Positions 60,245 to 64,000 of a stretch of DNA of 64,000 nt are shown one piece after another; the stretch's first letter is position 1, and every line of letters begins with the position of its first letter. A program made the translations under genes and the position numbers. The DNA comes from Eukaryota sp. GEM-RC1 (lineage: Eukaryota). The stretch lies in assembly GCA_040285855.1 (NCBI GenBank), contig JAUFOQ010000016.1:3038001-3102000 (forward strand), given 5' to 3'. Below the pieces are notes generated by a model that was not told the DNA's origin, did no database searches, and saw nothing but the letters and a program-made list of their open reading frames with translations.

Positions 60245-62463
60245 CTACATGGAACCGTGGAATGTTCGGGACAAAACTTCTTCTTGTTGGGCTCTGGTCA
60301 ATCGGTTGAAATTGACAGCATAACCAGAAACTCTGATAGTCAATTGAGGATATTTCTCGGGATGGTCCATGGCGTCAATCAAAACTTCACGTCTGAGAGC
60401 ATTGACGTTGATATGGAAACCGTTTTGCTTAATATATCCATCAAGCATAGCGGTCAAATTGGAGATTTGCTCCTCTTCAGATTTACCCAAAGCGTTAGGC
60501 AAAATAGAGAAAGTGTTGGAGATACCATCTCTGCAATCATCATAGTTGATCTTGGCAACAGAGTTCAAGGAAGCAATAGCACCAGTCTTATCACGTCCGT
60601 GCATGGGATTGGCTCCAGGGGCAAAGGCTTCTCCTAATCTACGACCGTCAGGGGTGTTACCAGTCTTCTTTCCATAGACAACGTTAGAAGTAATGGTAAG
60701 GATGGAGAGAGTATGGGTGGAGTTTCTGTAAGTGGGGTTCTTACGGATTCTTTCAATGAATTCATGGCAAAGGATGACAGCGAAGAAATCAGCTCTGTCG
60801 TCGTCATTTCCGTAACAGGGGAATTCACCTTCAATCTTGTAATCAACGACGAGTCCCTTTTCATTTCTGATGGGGTAGACCTTGGCGTACTTGATGGCAG
60901 AGAGAGCATCAGCAACAACGGAGAGACCAGCAATACCGAAAGCCATTAATCTTTCAACATAAGTGTCATGAAGAGACATCATAGCAGCTTCATAAGCATA
61001 CTTGTCATGAGAGTAATGAATGATGTTCATGGTGTTAACATAAAGTTCAGTGAGCCATTCCATATACTTGAGGAAGTATTGCCAGACCTTGTCGAATTCA
61101 AGAGGACCATCTCCTTCAACGGGGGTACCGAATTGAGGACCAACTTGTTGTTCGCTAATTTCATCAACACCATTGTTGATGGTATAGAGTAAAAGCTTAG
61201 CCAAGTTACAGCGAGCACCAAAGAATTGCATTTGTTTTCCAATAGCCATAGCAGATACACAGCAAGCAATGGCGTAATCAGATCCGTATAATCCTCTCAT
61301 CATATCGTCATTTTCGTATTGAATAGAAGAAGTGTCGATAGAAACCTTAGAACAGAAGTTACGGAAGTTCTTGGGGAGTTTGTCAGACCACAGAATAGTG
61401 AGATTGGGTTCAGGGGCAGGTCCCAAGTTGTAGAGAGTCTGGAGAATACGATAGGAAGTACGGGTAACCATATGCTTACCTTCTTGGTCAACACCTGCTA
61501 GGACACAGGTAACCCATGTGGGATCACCGGCGAAGAGATCGTTGTATTCGGGAGTTCTTAAGTGACGGACAAGTCTGAGCTTAACAACGAAATGATCAAT
61601 GAATTCCTGAACTTGTTCTTCAGTGAAAGTACCGTTTTCCAAATCACGTTCAATATAGTAATCAAAGAAGCCATCAGGGCGACCGAAAGACATAGCGGCA
61701 CCATCAGCTTGCTTGATTGCGGCGAGATAACCATAGTAAGTCCATTGGATGGCTTCTTGGGAGTTTTCGGCAGGTTTGGAGATATCATGACCATAGATCT
61801 CAGCCATTTTCTTCATCTGCTTTAAGGACTTGATTTGTTCGGCGACTTCTTCATGGAGTCTCATGTTGTCTTCAAGCATGGTCTTGGGGAGATTTTCCTT
61901 GTCTTGCAACTTTTCCTTGATTAGGCGGTCAATACCGTAAAGAGCGACTCTTCTGTAATCACCGATAATTCTACCTCTCATATAACCATCAGGGAGTCCA
62001 GTAATGATTCCGGATTTACGGGCAGATCTCATTTCAGCGGTGTACATATCAAAAACACCATCATTATGAGTCTTGGCGAATTCAGTGAAGACTTTTTCGG
62101 TTTCTTCGTTCATGGTGTATCCATAAGACTTACAGGCAGTAGCAGTAACACGAACACCACCAGCGCACTTCATACTAATGTGAGATAGTTACACAATACA
62201 TACGTTCTTTGGAGGGGAGCTTCTCCTTGGAATCCAACGATAGTTTCGAGGTCCTTGTCAATATAACCAGCGCCATGAGAAACAATGGTGGAGGCTCTGA
62301 CAGTATCAAGATCTAAAAGACCCTTTTTCAACTCTTCGCTAAGGACAGCGGCAGTTTTGACCATCATGGCCTTAGTTCTTTCAGTGGGACCAGCGAGGAA
62401 GGAAGCATCACCATCATAAGGTTTGATGTGATCTTTAACAAAAGTAGCTACGTCAATTGGCAT
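60245..62463 (-). CDS. pflB: Pyruvate formate-lyase; exon 1 62463-62204, intron 62203-62175, 729 aa spliced
   Basis: [40 protein letters not shown] active site, RVSGYAV glycyl-radical loop. Confidence 0.97.
62175..62203 (-). other. 29-nt spliceosomal intron
   Basis: GTATGT...CTCACATTAG. Removal joins APLQRT to MKCAGGVR in frame. Confidence 0.88.
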
Positions 62464-64000
62464 GAGAAAATTACTGAAGAGGCAATTCCTCAAACTTGTC
62501 AGTTTTCAGGTCAAAAAGTGATCTGTATTATGAGCGTCCACAAATCTATATTTATTTTTCTTATGTAATTGCTGGCGTTGTATACTATAGTAGGGTTCCG
62601 GGGTTTCACAAGCACATAAAGAATGGCCATTAAGCACTGAACTCCCAATACATATGAGGAGGACATCACCTGTATGGAGCAAACACACTAAAATAAACAC
62701 AAATACTAGAACTCAATATCATTAAAGCAACAATCATTGCCATTAAAACTCACATCAGCTTTTTTCTTCATAAAAAACACTGAGAGCTAATAGAGCTTTG
62801 ATTGTTTGGTGAAAAAACCAATACCAATATTGTAGAAATATTGACCTAGTGACTCGTTAACTTATGTTCACACGACTGTATAATTTTTTAGTTGCAAAAT
62901 CACTATTCAGTGTCTTCAAAGAATTCGCATAATCAAGAATGCTAGATGACTATCAGAATCAAACTCAAAGAATAACGTATTTGTTTTTTCACAGTACTCC
63001 AGAGTCTTTCCAAAAATTAGTGTCAATCAGACTCGAGTTTATTTTAAGGTTGTTTCATTTTATCTACTGTTTTCATTAAAAATTCATTTCTGTACTTTGA
63101 TTCCACTTTACATTGACTCTATCAACATTAACAGTTTTCTAGTTGGCAAAAGAAGTAAAAGATAATACTTATCTCTACATATTCCCAAAAACCGTGTCAT
63201 CAGTCCGTGTCACTGAAGGAGAAAAAGTGATGCATTTGTGGACAATCAGTGTTCGTGGGTAGACAAAAACAGACTGAGTGACCCCTTGGTAAATGATTTT
63301 TCATTACACATACATGTATTTTTGAATTTTCGTGTGTAGTTTTGTATTTTTTTGTATTTTTAGAACACCTGTTGTTTGTATTTGACAGCTATGCTAAAAT
63401 GTTTTTTTCAGGAATTATTTATTCTAAAAGTAATAGACAACAACACTACAGTGTACATACATCTAATAATCAACAAAATGTGTCATCACAATGTGATTTG
63501 TGATTACCAATTATCAAATAGAAAAGTAAGACCAAAATCTGTCCTTAAGATGCGTTCAACCTGACATGAACAAAAGCATTGGTTGGAAATATTATCATAC
63601 CAGTAGCTGTAACATAAGACAATAATCATTGAACAATTGCAAAGCGCCCGTGACTGATTGGCGTGCTTTTGATTTTGACATCTCCCAAAACGTCTGTGCT
63701 CGTCAGATGTTGTGCTCATTAATATAAACTTACAGTCTAGGTGGTTCAATCAAAATCTGAAAATTACAGAATCTCTCAAATGTAATGAACGCGGTAGTAG
63801 AGATCAATTTGTCCGAATATTTTGAATCCGATGAAGTTCAGGTAGAGTTTGAGCGGAACTTTTCCAAACTGGAACTAAGACTGATTTTGTCTAGACCCAA
63901 GTAATTGTTCAATTACAATCCACAACACTGGATTTCTTTTCGTCATCATCGTCTAGTCAAAATTTCGTCCTGTCCAAAGATATAGACACTGTAGCACCTA

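Noticed and set aside
60257..61825. Antisense ORFs over PFL, CCT3, the decarboxylases and CFAP45
   Set aside because: Shadow frames caused by codon bias, with no recognisable motifs.
1..64000. Stop-codon reassignment to explain broken ORFs
   Set aside because: TAA, TAG and TGA all end conserved genes at expected positions, and the breaks are frameshifts rather than in-frame stops.
62500..64000. Short ORFs and possible RNA genes
   Set aside because: No recognisable motifs. I saw no tRNA or rRNA structure anywhere in the window, though a covariance search was not possible.

Overview
Gene-dense, AT-rich eukaryotic nuclear DNA in the standard genetic code, most likely from a flagellated anaerobic protist. 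The basis is CFAP45, pyruvate formate-lyase and 29-34 nt spliceosomal introns with a fused branch-point/3' splice motif. A metamonad is my inference and the taxon cannot be fixed from the sequence. Host genes: CCT3, a YEATS protein, two inverted copies of a bacterial-type lysine/ornithine decarboxylase, TMEM43-like, TMC-like, ferric reductase/NOX-like, PDCD2L/Tsr4, an 18-unit RI-type LRR protein, a large CBM20-like/helical protein, two BTB proteins, BI-1, an MRJP/yellow-like protein, CFAP45 and PFL. Between them lies a dense load of mobile DNA: one Ty3/gypsy element with a chromodomain-like tail; about a dozen different hAT elements, most with 8-bp TSDs and many with their own subterminal motif, one carrying a near-complete transposase; and many 5'-truncated, often nested RLE-type non-LTR retrotransposons. 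A decayed ORF at 10.6-11.4 kb resembles the N-terminal half of a Fanzor1 nuclease. Many genes are split by +/-1 indels in homopolymers, most likely long-read consensus errors. All family calls are from motif recognition; no searches were run.
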